Below, piece after piece: positions 42,975-55,372 of a stretch of DNA of 64,000 nt. Below the pieces are notes generated by a model, which had not been told where the DNA came from, did not search any database, and saw nothing but the letters and a program-made list of their open reading frames with translations. The stretch comes from Eledone cirrhosa (Eukaryota), in assembly GCA_964016885.1 (NCBI GenBank), contig OZ024742.1:165788001-165852000 (forward strand), in the 5' to 3' direction. A program made the translations under genes and the position numbers. The stretch's first letter is position 1. The number at the start of each line of letters is the position of its first letter.

Positions 42975-43962
42975 ATTGTGGCCTAGGGGTAAAGGTGTGG
43001 GACTTACGATCATAACGTTGTGGGTTCTATTCCTGGGCTGGGTTGTTTGTTATGTGACCTGGGCATTACTGACAGAAGCGATTTGCGTTGGACGAAGCAA
43101 GTCGCTAAAATTGTCAAGAAGGCCGAGGATGTCTTAGCATCACTCTGCAAGACCTTTGTCAGCCGCTCTCGAGCTATCTATTTAAAGCTCTACATAGCTA
43201 TGGTGCGGCCACACTTAGAATTTGCATCACCAGTCTGGAACCCCTATCTTGCTCAGAACATTGACCTCCTGGAAACTATTCAGAGACGTGAAACCAAGCA
43301 TCTACCATACTCTGAACGCCTTGCTTCCCTGGGCATGGATACATTGAAGCTCCGACATCTGGCAACTGACTTGGTAAACACCCACAAAATTATTAACCAT
43401 CTTGCCAACAACAACCCTAAGCACCTTTTTGATTTCCATGTGTCTAACAAACATGGACATGCCCACAAAGTCAGAAAACAGCATAGCTCCCATGACCTTC
43501 GGAAACATCTTTTTACGCTCAGAGTTGCTGAAGCATGGAACAAACTCCCTGCATCAGTTGTTACCTGTCGAGACACTGCATCCTATAAAACCTCCATGCT
43601 TCCTGAAATTCGCCAACACTACACCTGATATTCCCCCTCCATACACGCACACATGTATATCATGACTTGTACACTGTTCATTTTCCTGACATTTGTACAT
43701 TATTCTATGTACTATACATGCACCTTTGATGAGTTGTAGTGCACCTGAGCACTGTACACAATAATTTCATTATTATTATTATTATTACTTGAGCAAAACA
43801 CTTCATTTCATGTTGCTCCAGTATATAGTTGAGTATTTAACCCTGTGATGGACTGGCATCCTGCCCAGGGGGAAATCTTGTACACTCAGTCGCTTCACAC
43901 CACGAAACTAGGATAAGCACCAGCCTGATGAGCCTCCTGGTTTGAGACAGACTTTAGACTTA
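42975..43962 (+). mobile_element. tRNA-SINE with Meta-like core, interrupted by a 5'-truncated CR1-like LINE (about 43056-43787)
   Basis: A/B-box head 42975-43055; CR1 peptide DLGI...VRPHLEFASPVWNPY...WNKLP; SINE resumes at ttgagcaaaacacttcatttc, then ccctgtgatggactggcatcc...gtcgcttca. Confidence 0.75.
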
Positions 43963-44539
43963 GAGATTGTGAGATATATGTGGTTAAATTATTTTAGGGA
44001 AAGCCAGTACAATGTAAGTTAGAAATATAGAGGTGAAAATTAGATTTGAGCATTACATAAACTGTTATTATGTCTTACTTCACTCCTTTATTTCTACCAT
44101 TACCACTCTACAGGTATGCTGTCTCCCCCTATGTCCCCACTACTGTTACAACAATAGTCTCTGTTCCTATATACAACCGGGAGATATATCTACCTCACCA
44201 ATATCACCAGACACTACAGGTATGATGTCTACTCCCTCTGCTTCCACTACGACTACTACAATAGTCTCTGATCTTATATACAACAATGAGATATATCTAT
44301 CTCATAAAACACTCTACAGTATGCTGTTTCCCCCTACCTCCCACTGGTCTCTGCTACTTAGAGCTGGCTTAATTCAAGCCACTTTCACTGAAACATTCCC
44401 AATTCACCTGTCTCTCCTTCTTTCATTAGCCATGTTATGTCCAACACCCCCAAGCCAGTCTTTCCTGCCCAGGACACCAACTCTCTGGACCTCTTTCCCA
44501 AAGGAGTGGACCTGAAACAGTTTAAACAGAACATCAACA

Positions 44540-45457
44540 ACATTGATCTCTCCAGTCTCAGCGGAACTATAAAAGCATGGCTACTGCCTCTTCTGCCAGA
44601 CATTGATCTCTCCAAACTCAGAAAGCCTATGGAAGCCATGGACTCTGCTCCTTCCTCCAAACATTGGTCACTTCAGTCTATGAGGGCCTGTAAAAGCCAT
44701 GGGCACTGCTCTTTCCTCCAGACATCAGTCACTTCTGTCTATGAGGGCCCTTGAAAGCCATGGGCACTGCACCTTCCTCCAGACATCAGTCACTTCTGTC
44801 TATGAGGGCCCTTGAAAGCCATGGGCACTGCTCCTTCCTCCAGTCATCAGTTACTTTTGTCTATGAGGGCCCTTGAAAGCCATAGGCACTGCTCCTTCCT
44901 CCAGACATCAGTCACTTCTGTCTATGAGGGCCCTTGAAAGCCATGGGCACTGCACCTTCCTCTAGACATCAGTCACTTCTGTCTATAAGGGCCTGTGAAA
45001 GCCAAGAGCACTGCCCCTTCCTCTAGACATCAGTCAATTCAGTCCCTGAGAGCCTGTGAAAGCCAAGAGCACTGCTTCTTCCTCTAGACATCAGTCAATT
45101 CAGTCCCTGAGAGCCTGTGAAAGCCATAGGCACTGCTTCTTCCTCTAGACATCAGTCAATTCAGTCCCTGAGAGCCTGTGAAAGCCATAGGCACTGCCTC
45201 TTCCTCTAGACATCAGTCAATTCAGTCCCTGAGAGCCTGTGAAAGCCATAGGCACTGCTTCTTCCTCTAGACATCAGTCAATTCAGTCCCTGAGAGCCTG
45301 TGAAAGCCATAGGCACTGCTTCTTCCTCTAGACATCAGTCAATTCAGTCCCTGAGAGCCTGTGAAAGCCAAGAGCACTGCCCCTTCCTCTAGACATCAGT
45401 CAATTCAGTCCCTGAGAGGCTGTGAAAGCCATAGGCACTGCTCCTTGCTCCAGACAT
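44540..45457. repeat. 60/61-bp tandem array (about 15 units, two subtypes)
   Basis: gggcactgc at 44701, 44762 and 44823 (period 61); diverged 60-bp precursors at 44541 and 44601. Confidence 0.92.
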
Positions 45458-45518
45458 GCCAAGTAAAAAAGAAAAGAATTGTATTGTATTAGCTTTCCTA
45501 AAACAGTGTTAACTACAA

Positions 45519-46197
45519 TCTATATAAAATATAAAAGAAAGATGTTTATTGGTTGGTTGGTTGAATCACACGAAAACTACACAAACATACATACACATCT
45601 AAAGAGAGAGAGACACAGAGGGAGAGGCAGAAAGAGAGAGATAGACCATTATACAGAGAGAGATACAATTAAAGTGTTAGATATTCAGAAAGAGAGAGAG
45701 AGATAGAGAGAGACGTCCCACAAAGTATCAGTTGAAGGTTTGACAATATTGCGTTAGCTTTTATAAAGTCGTTTTACAGTCTTTGATTTTACAGAACAAA
45801 GAAAAATTGATACTATTAGAAATTAATCTACCCTTCAGCTTTTATCCATATACTACTTACAGACCGTACTAACGAAGTTAAACACTTCAGAAGCAATGTT
45901 ATGCAGTATATTGCTGTGTTTCAGGTGACATCCTTTGGAGCTGAAAAAGATCATACTGACTATGGTTATTTCACAACATTTAAAATCCAAGGCCAATGCT
46001 ACCATTTAATCGGCAGTTTACTCCCCCAGCCTAATAAGGAAGTTTTATGATTGTTTTTTTTTATTTCTCTCTCACACACACTCACACACACATTACGGTC
46101 TCACCTCAAACCAGACAACACATCTAATACAGTCGTTTTCTCTTTTATCCGTCTTCTCTTAACTGTTCTCCCGGGCAAAGCCGGGTACTTTAGCTAG
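45519..46197 (+). mobile_element. Internally deleted Helitron retaining a Rep/helicase N-terminal fragment (45853-46050)
   Basis: A|TCTATATAAAAT start; peptide HFRSNVMQYIAVFQVTSFGA...TFKIQGQCYHLIGSLLP; 3' hairpin cccgggcaaagccggg followed by CTAG|T. Confidence 0.88.
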
Positions 46198-48053
46198 TCA
46201 AATATATTTGAAAAACAATAACTTCAAGTGGTTATCAATTTCAAGAGGATATCCAAGAAGCCAATGAAGAATCCTTCGCTTAGTCTCTCCAAATATTAGA
46301 AATAGCAGTCAAATCACCCTGAAATAGCACTCTAATATTTTAGAATGCTGTTATTGCTGTTGCCATTGTTCTTGTTGTCACTGTTGCTGTCATTACCATT
46401 GCTGTTGTTATTGTTGTAGTTGTTCTTGTTGTCCTTTGTTACTGTTATTGTTGTTGCAATTGTTGTCACTGTTGCTATCATTGACATTGCTGTTTGTTAT
46501 TGCTGTTGTTCATTTATTTATAAACTTATCATTTTGATATGATTCATTAATTAGAAGGACAGATAAAATATAAACCACCTTTGAAACGTTTAAAAACTGA
46601 AGTACAATTTATTTGAACATTGGAAATTAATTATTTTTTAAATTAATTAATTTTTAAATACTAACCAATCAAAGAAGTTATTAATAAATAAAGCTTTGAC
46701 CAAATCTCCAATAATTCTGTTATTTATTCGTCAACAACAGACATCTTTGTTGGAGTTGTTTACCTTCTCTCCGCCTGACTGATTACACTCACATCACGCT
46801 CATTAATTAATCTCTGTATAGAAGTTAATTAATCCCACTATATATTCATTTACTTAATACTGTGCTTGTATTCTTATTCTTGATCTTTTTCTTGTGGGTC
46901 ACCTCCCCCTCCTGTCTTCTCATATGGCTCCAGGTTGCAGCATTATTGCCACAGTTCACCGAACATCTGGACATAGAAGGTAAGTTGATTAAACTAATTT
47001 CAATGTTTTTAATTTTAATTTTCTTATTTTTGTACTGGCGATACACAGCCTAGTGGTTAAGGTGTTTGTAGACCTGTCAACTCTCCCCGTCCCATGGGGA
47101 GATCTCCCAATCACTTTGGGGTGGGTGAGAGATGCCTTCTCTTGTGAAAATAGATATAGCTTTCATTATGTAAAATTTTTTTCGTGGCACTTTTTTTCGT
47201 GGTACTCCCCATTTGGGTTTTTAGAAGTTGGCAGGTCTGTGTTTGGCTCACAATCGTAAGGCCATGAGCTTGATTCCTAAATCAGGCAGCCCCTTGTGTC
47301 CCTGAGAAAAACATTTCATTTCCCATTATTCCAGGCCTCTCAACTGAAAAGAGATGAGTATCAGCAACTGTGTCAGGGGCACAACAACCTCTCTAGTGTT
47401 GATGGCATGACAAAACACACTCTAAATTTGTTGGTGATAAGAAGGGCATCCAACCATAGAAAATTTGCCAAACAAAAGGTAGAGGAACTCTTCAGTTGTA
47501 TCAAAGACATTATGAAATCCTTAGTGCTGGTGTCATGATGAAATGCACAGAACACTCTGTAGAGTAAGTGAGATAGGTCTCGAGCCATCTGAGAAATCAG
47601 AGGCTCCAAATAAATATGGACTTGCTTTGTGACGACTTAACCCTTGCTAGCAGAGAAAACAATCATTATATGATAAGGATGATGGTGATGTGTGTGTGGG
47701 GGGGGGATGCATATATATATATTATATATAGTGCTAGTGGCACAATAAAAGCACCAAGTCCACACTATAAGGTGGTAATGTTAGAGTCACAATAAAATGT
47801 ACCCAGTACACACTGTAAAGGAGTTAGCATTAGAAAAGGCATCCAAGCATAAAAATCAAGCCAAAAACAAAGCATATGAACAAGCCATGGTTTCATGACA
47901 TGTCTAACCTCATAATGTGACAACCCTTCCCACCCATGCAAGCTTAGAAAATAGACATTAAACAGTAATGATGATATGTGTGTGTGGGTGTGTATGAGTG
48001 GACGTGTATGTATATACACATACATACATATACACACACACACATATATATAT

Positions 48054-48329
48054 ACTAGACCTGAAAAATGCACAAGCTCAAATGAGCCACAGAATGTTAT
48101 AATAAACCTTCAAAAGTGTGGGACTAGAGTAGTTGCTCAAAAATATTGTAATCATTATCTATCGTACACTCTAGATGTATTTATTGTGATATTTTTATAA
48201 AGGATGCCACAGAGTGTACGATAGATAATGATTACAATATTTTTGAGTAACAACTCTAGTCCCACACTTTTGAAGGTTTATTATAACATTCTGTGGCTCT
48301 TTTGAGCTTGTGCATTTTTCAGGGCTAGT
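48054..48329. repeat. Long inverted repeat (foldback): 119-bp arms, 38-bp spacer
   Basis: 48054-48172 is the reverse complement of 48211-48329 with only a few mismatches. Confidence 0.93.
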
Positions 48330-48455
48330 TTAATATTTTTTTAAGGCAACGCTTATAATAACTCTAGTTAAACATGATATATATTAATAATAAATTATCG
48401 TTGTAATATAATTAGATTATGTTGTATGGACTGGGAATCGAACTCACAACCTCAT

Positions 48456-49140
48456 TGTTGTATGGACTGTTAAATTCGTTTTATTCAATTTACACGTGCT
48501 CACACATTTGCATATGAATCACGTGACCTGGGCAGTCAGTCAGCGTTGGTATTAAAAACTCGGTCACAGACTGCTGCTGTGACTTACTTTATGTTATTCT
48601 GCTACTCTGAGAAGGGGCGTTTTGGTTGTTTCGTACAATACACAAATTATTTGATATAACTCGTTGTGTTTTCTCTGCGAGTACCGAGAGGAATACAACA
48701 GAGTTTATTGGCGTCGCCGATAGGATTTACCTACATCGACGATAGGATTTACCTACATTGCCGATAGGATTTACCTACATTGCCGATAGGATTTACCTAT
48801 ATTGCCGATAGGATTTACCTACATTGCCGGGAAATTGTTTATCATAAAAACATGGCGGAACAACAAACAGCGGAGCTAATAAAGTTGTTTAGAGAACAGA
48901 TGGAACAACAAATGCAACAACACAAGAAAGATATGGACACTCTGATAAAACTGTTTGGTGCTCGAGATTCTGAACAACAGAGTTTGTTGGCGTCGCCAGT
49001 TGCTTCGACACCAACAGCATTCATCCCACCATTTGTTGCTTTTGATTCAACAACAGAACTATGGCCTGATTACTGGTCAAGATTCTGCACATTTGTGGCT
49101 GCTAACGCTGTACCCGAGCAACGCATGGCACAAGTCTTAA
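48456..49140 (+). mobile_element. Gypsy (Mag-like) 5' LTR + PBS-like region + truncated gag
   Basis: LTR TGTTGTA...TACAACA (48456-48700); TGGCGTC PBS-like site; 22-bp tandem gccgataggatttacctacatt x5; gag FDSTTELWPDYWSRFCTFVAANAVP. Confidence 0.75.
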
Positions 49141-49814
49141 TTATATAATTATTATTTTATAAATGATCTTATAAATATTATTGTAAGATGTATAAAAATA
49201 TTTTCAGACTTTTAATATAAACAACTACAAAAAACAAACAATATTAAATAAATATATTTTACATAATAATTGTTATAGTTGAATTAATAAAAATTAAATA
49301 TTACATACAAATAGTCTAACATAATAATAAAAAAAATAATCTAACATACTAATAATAAAATAATCTAACATAAAACGAACAATAATATGGACAAATATAC
49401 AAGTAAATATGATACAACCAATATTATAAGCATGTTATAACGAACTGAAAAAAATATAGTTAATATAAATTTAAAAAATCATATATAACTTACCAAAACG
49501 AGAAAAATATGTTGATGATAAACGACGAAATACAGGAGGAAGATTCGAAAGCGAAACGATAAATAAATGTGCAAACAAAATGGCGGATGCTTTTGAGCAA
49601 CAATTACTCTCGTTGGTTGATTAGCCAATAAGACGATGAAATTAGCCAATAAGATGATACATTACAAAACATGTTTGGCAGGGATCACCATGACCACGGA
49701 AACCCCTTGAATTTTTTATTCACAAGCTACGCATATATGTCAGACATGCAAACTTAAAACATTCTGTTGTTAGTCACTGCTTGTCTAACAGATATATATA
49801 TATATATATACATA

Positions 49815-50610
49815 AATTCCATAAAATGTACGCAATGCAGATCTTGGGTACACAAGAGATGTAGTCGGATAGCAGGCAGACTAACAGGTAGGGAAAACTA
49901 TGTATGCAGTAGATGTACAGGGAAAGTTGGCAGTAGTAATTGCTGTGATAGACTCGTTTTTCCAATGCAGGTGGGTTCTATAGAAGTGGTTGATACCTTC
50001 CGGTACCTAGGTGATCAGATTAGCATGGGAGGGGGTGTTCCAAGGCCATAGTATCTAGAATAAGGACGGGTTGGAAGAAGTTTAGGGAGCTGCTTCCTCT
50101 GTTGACAAAGAAGGGTTTCTCCCTGTGTACGAAAGGACGGTTATATGATGCCTGTGTGAGATGCGCGATGCTGCATGGTAGTGAGACATGGGCAGCAACT
50201 GCAGAAGATATGCGACGGCTGGAGAGAAATGAAGCAAGTATGCTCCGTTGCATGTGCAATGTCAATGTGCATGAACGACCAAGCATAGACAAGTTGAGAA
50301 AGAAACTGGGTATAAGAGGGATAAGTTGTGGTGTGCAGGAGAGAAGACTGAGATGGTATGGACATGTGATGCACATGCAGGATGACCGCTGGGTGAAGAA
50401 GTGCCAGGAAGTCCCAGTGGAGGGAAGACGCAGTAGAGGTAGACCACAAAAAACACGGGCAGAGGTGGTGAGAGCAGACCTCTGATCGCTGAAACTCACT
50501 GAGGAGATGACGAAGGACCGTGACAAGTGGAGAGATGCTGTGCTGAATAGGATCCGTCCAACCCTTGCAAGCAGGGAAAAGCAGACGTAAAATGATGATG
50601 ATGATGATGA
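49815..50610 (+). mobile_element. RTE-clade LINE, 5'-truncated and frameshifted
   Basis: FRYLGD, KGRLYDACVR.AMLHGSETWA, RLRWYGHV, RGRP.KT; (GAT)n tail. Confidence 0.9.
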
Positions 50611-50756
50611 TACACACACTCACAGTATATAGTAATTACTATTACACCGTGCTTAGTATGACCTCAAAATACATACTGGAAACTATGCATTGTGTGCTCA
50701 TTTTGGTGAACCAACAGTAACTTGACGTTTCAATCCCCAAATTGCATACATACATA

Positions 50757-51108
50757 CATGATGGCTGCCCACTCGTTATCGAGTATGGCATTGCACGATA
50801 TACCATTATTAATAATTATTAATTAATTCTATCGTGCAATGCCTGTGCGTGAAGATATTTTTTAAAGTGAGGAAAGGCTGTGCACTGAGCCAATCCCACT
50901 CTCTGAGTGACAGTAGCTATAACCTGAAAAGAAAAAAAGATCAACATCATCGTTTGCTACTGAGCCGCAGCTTTTATATCAGAGTTATCCAAGTTTCCTG
51001 AGTTGCCTTCTCCTAGAAGAATGCCCTGACAAAGGTTAGGGGTCCTTCACTCCAAGTGGTTTAACCGCGCGATCGGGTGTCCAGCCCAACTATTTCTATG
51101 TCCCCACG
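50757..51108 (-). mobile_element. Short non-autonomous RTE-related element with (ATGT)n tail
   Basis: Minus strand has ctaggagaaggcaactc (RTE 5'UTR-like) and ends gcagccatc(atgt)n; internal 14-bp inverted repeat at 50787-50843. Confidence 0.45.
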
Positions 51109-51320
51109 CATATACATACACATGCACCCATGTACATATACATATACATACATATGTACACGTGTATATACATATTTACACACTTTTGGATGGCTGTTGA
51201 CCCTTATGAGTTCTTCCGCTCTTTACATACATACATACATACATGCATACATACATACATACATACATACATACATACATACATACATACATACATACAT
51301 ACATACATACATACATACAT

Positions 51321-52939
51321 CTTTTCTTTGTTGATGACCTGAAGTTGTATGGGCCAAATATCAATGACATCAAGAAACAATTGGACCTCATTACACAATT
51401 TTCAACAGACATCAAAATGAAATTTGGTGAGTCCAAGTGTGCATATTTGGCAGTAAAACGTGAAAGAGCTGTGCCCTCCTCTAGAAATCTAGAGATGAAC
51501 GGCCTGACAATACAACCCCTACAGTCGGGTGACAACTACAGATATCTTGGACAGGATGAGAATGTCAGATATGATGGACCCATAAATAAGGAGAGAACCA
51601 GAACTGAATACCTCAGAAGAGTAAAGAAAATATGGTCATCAGAACTGTCAGCGTACAACAAATACATTGCCCACAATACTTATGCTGTGCCAATTCTAAC
51701 GCCAACATTTGGCCTGCTGAACTGGTCATTGCAAGAACTAAGTGAGATGGATGTGAGAACTCGCAAACTTCTCAGTGTTACTGGGAACTTTAACATCAAT
51801 GGTGATGTGGATAGGCTATACTTCTCACGCAAGGAAAGTGGCCGGGGTCGAAAATCCATATTAACATCATATGAGACCCGGATAATAATACTGAAGCAAC
51901 ACCTTCAACAGAGGAAAAAGGTTGGCAACCATCTTGCCCAGGTTTATGAGCATGAAAACAAAAATATTATTAGAATAGCCACTGATCTGGAGGAGAGATA
52001 TGGAATAAAGCCTGATATAAATCTCTCACCCAGAAAAATTGGAAGATCCTATTCAATGTTCAAACAAGATGAAAAAATTGACCAATTTACAGAAAAAGTT
52101 GTGCATGGATACTTGAGACGTAAAACACAGACCATAGAGGGAATAAACCACTCAAAAAGCCTGGCATGGAGTTCCGACAAGTTTATGACATCACACCTTG
52201 AGGGATATCCCTATGCAATACAGGAACAAGAACTCCCTACCAAATATCTGCTGCACAAAAGGGGAGGGCCATCCTCTGACAATAAATGTAGGCTATGTAA
52301 AACAAAGATGAAGGCTGTAAGCCACATTGTTGCCAGCTGCGAAAGAATGTCATCTCGCTACTACCTCCCTATGAGACATGATGGGATAGCTAGAACCATC
52401 TGGAACGCACTTCGGAAAACAAAATTAACAACAAACGAGGAAGAATATATTGAGACAGATGGCACTAAGGAATACTGGTGGAACCTGAAAATAAAAACTG
52501 CCACCAAATTAAAGCACAACCGGCCTGATATTGTTTTTTGGGACCACACATTGAAAACGTGTTCTGTTGTGGAGATCAGCTGCCCACTTGATGTAAACGT
52601 TGTCAGAAAAATACAGGAGAAGGAGGACATCTACGGACCATTGATGAGGAGTTTGCAAATCAGTATCCAAGATACACCTTTAGCTTCATACCCATCATTA
52701 TTGGAGCTACAGGTTATATACCAATCCGCTTGGACCAAAGTATGACTGAACTTGGATTTGCGGACAAAGAGCGCAACTCCCTAATTCATAGTCTACAAAT
52801 GGCTGCGATAGCTGGCACCTTCAAAATTTGCAAAACATTCTTGCGATTAAAGGGATGACAATTTCTTTTCTTTTACAACCTTGCCACCAGGAAGGTGGCC
52901 GGTCAAAAAAATATACTCGAAATTAAGAGAAAGAGATAA
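51321..52939 (+). mobile_element. RLE-type non-LTR retrotransposon (R4/Dong-like), 5'-truncated, inside a (CATA)n tract
   Basis: FVDDLKLY RT; CRLC...HIVASC zinc knuckle; RHD; RPDIV...VVEISCP...K RLE; one frameshift near 52660 continuing to IPIIIGATG...KTFLRLKG* (52858); (CATA)n on both sides. Confidence 0.9.
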
Positions 52940-52949
52940 CATACATACA

Positions 52950-52982
<33 letters not shown>

Positions 52983-54636
52983 CATCATCATCATCATTTA
53001 ACGTTTATAGCTGGGTGTAAGTTTATTTACTCAATGCTCTAACAAATCGATAACAGATGAATATGATGTCACAGCTGGCACATATGTAAGTTTAGCTGGC
53101 CTCCTTTAAGGAGGTTTTCTTGGGTGTTTAAATGATAGATGCTACAACCATATTATATAAACACACATATACACACACGTTCTATTTACTATCAAATACG
53201 TCAATATTTAACATAATTATTTCATTAGATATTTGTTTAATACAAAGTTCCACATAGGTATTGTATCTCTTGTTTATTTACCGATGGTTAAAGTTCAGCA
53301 TTAATACAAATTCAACATGTTCTTATCAATTCTTATCAAGAGATATAAAGAAAGAAAATTTATTTATAATTATAATTACAATTAACTTTCAAAGCTTTGT
53401 CAGGTTAAGACTCTTCTCTCTTCTTATTATTCTTCACCCACTTATTCTTGAGAGGGCCGTCGAGGCAGAGTCCTCAGACACTCCTTCCAGCAGGTCCTGT
53501 CAGAAGCAATCACCTCCAACAGATTCGGCTTTCCAGAGACATTCTAACCACATGTCCATAGTATTGGAGCTGTGATCTCTCAATTCGGTTGAGACTCACT
53601 GACATAATATTATGTAGAATCTAACACCACCATTAATACCCATGAAAAAAATGTCATTGTTAAAGTGTATATACTTCAGATACACTTAACTTAATAACAA
53701 ACACTGTCAGTACTTCCACACAATTACTGTATATACTCAAATACTTTCGGGTCTTGAATAATTATTGTCATCCCTGCTTATTATTTTTTCAGATTTTTTT
53801 TCATGTTCCACACCCACTAATTAAATTTTGCTAATCTATCTCCGGCAAAATTTTATTTTAAGTGGTAGCATTCCTGTGATAATTAATTTTCTTTAGAAAT
53901 TAGAAAACATTGTACATGACAAAAAAAAGCACATTACTAGAAATCCCATACATTATAAAATAAATAGGATGGTTGGGGTCTCAATATGTAAACTAAATGA
54001 CTAATTCTGGTTTTTAAAAAAAAGACAACTTAAAAAATTGCTGAGTTTCCAATCACCCTATTCCAACACCTTCCGCTTATTCTAACACCACAACTTATTC
54101 CCCCCTCCCCATTATTTGGGACCCAAGAGTATAAGCCGAGGAATGTATGACAAAAAAAAATCAATGGTGATATGGAGGTGGATGTCAATTTAAATACACC
54201 ATTCTAAACAATGTGTTGATTAGCTGCCTCAGTTTATAAATGGGGTTTGGATTTTTGCCTATTTCTCAGGCATAAAATGGGAGGCAGCTTATATTCAGAT
54301 TGGCTTATATATATGATTGGCTTTGAATATATATGGTACTTGATTTGCTGAATATAACAGCCAAACCTAGACAAAACAACCACCTCAAGGTTTTGATATG
54401 TTTTACAAAATGTCTACAAATGCCATTCCTGTAGACAATTCATATTTTTTCTCTAATTTACCTCAGTGTTCAATGTTTTGGGTTGAAGGTCAGAGCAAGC
54501 AGGTTTGTAGGTAAATCTGCCTATAATCTCATGATGTAGCTCTCTGTTTCTAGGAGGAATGGGAACAAAACCCTAAAGATAATGACAGGAGCAGCTAAGA
54601 AAAGTTCTAGCTGTATCTGGTTGGGATAGAAAGTAA

Positions 54637-54816
54637 TTTTTTTTTTCTTCTTCTTCTTCTTCTTCTTCTTCTTCTTCTTCTTCTTCTTCTTCTTCTTCTT
54701 CTTCTTCTTCTTCTTCTTCTTCTTCTTCTTCTTCTTCTCCTCCTCCTCCTCCTCCCCCTCCTCCTCCTCCTCCTCCTCCTCCTCCTCCTCCTCCTCCTCC
54801 TCCTTCTTCTTCTTCT
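54637..54816. repeat. (TTC)n-(TCC)n polypyrimidine microsatellite
   Basis: About 180 bp pure pyrimidine tract. Confidence 0.95.
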
Positions 54817-55372
54817 TGAGAGGGTTATAGGTTATGAGGGAAGAGTCTTCAAGCACTTCTTCCACCAGGTCCTGTCAAAAGAAACCGTCTTCAACTGATC
54901 TGGCTGGATCCCCGAGCAAGACCAGCCAAGCTCATCTATGTTATCCAACCATCAGGAATTGAACTTAGCAATGATGAACAGAGGAATGTGGAAAAGGGCC
55001 TCAATAAATTGTCTCTGGTGGGAGTCCTGCATGACTCATTTATTTAAAAGAACAGACACCAAAAAAGACATCCGACTGTAAAATATTATCTCAAAAAGGA
55101 TCCCATAATCAATACAAAATCTGAAATGGGACCTGCAAGTTTAACCCCTTCTTTAACAGAGAAAATGGCCTTAAAACACATGTTGTCTATTGTGTGATTT
55201 GAGGAAGTTTCTATGCTGTTTCTAGCAAAGTAAGTGACTATGTAATGGCCCTCTTATTGGTTCACAATGTCTATATTTAATTATTTCTGTGTCATGTTTC
55301 TACTCAAATATGCCATCATGATACAACCTCAAAACAAATTAAACACTCTTCCTCATTAAATATATTTTACAT

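Noticed and set aside
42975-43050. tRNA genes suggested by A/B boxes (also at about 26090, 28805 and 47045)
   Set aside because: These are SINE heads that continue into SINE cores; no full cloverleaf
43894-43950. GAAA...CTGATGA as a type III hammerhead
   Set aside because: Lies in the SINE 3' tail; the required stems could not be formed convincingly
54521-54865. Poly-E/poly-K ORF
   Set aside because: Translation of the (GAG)/(AAG) microsatellite
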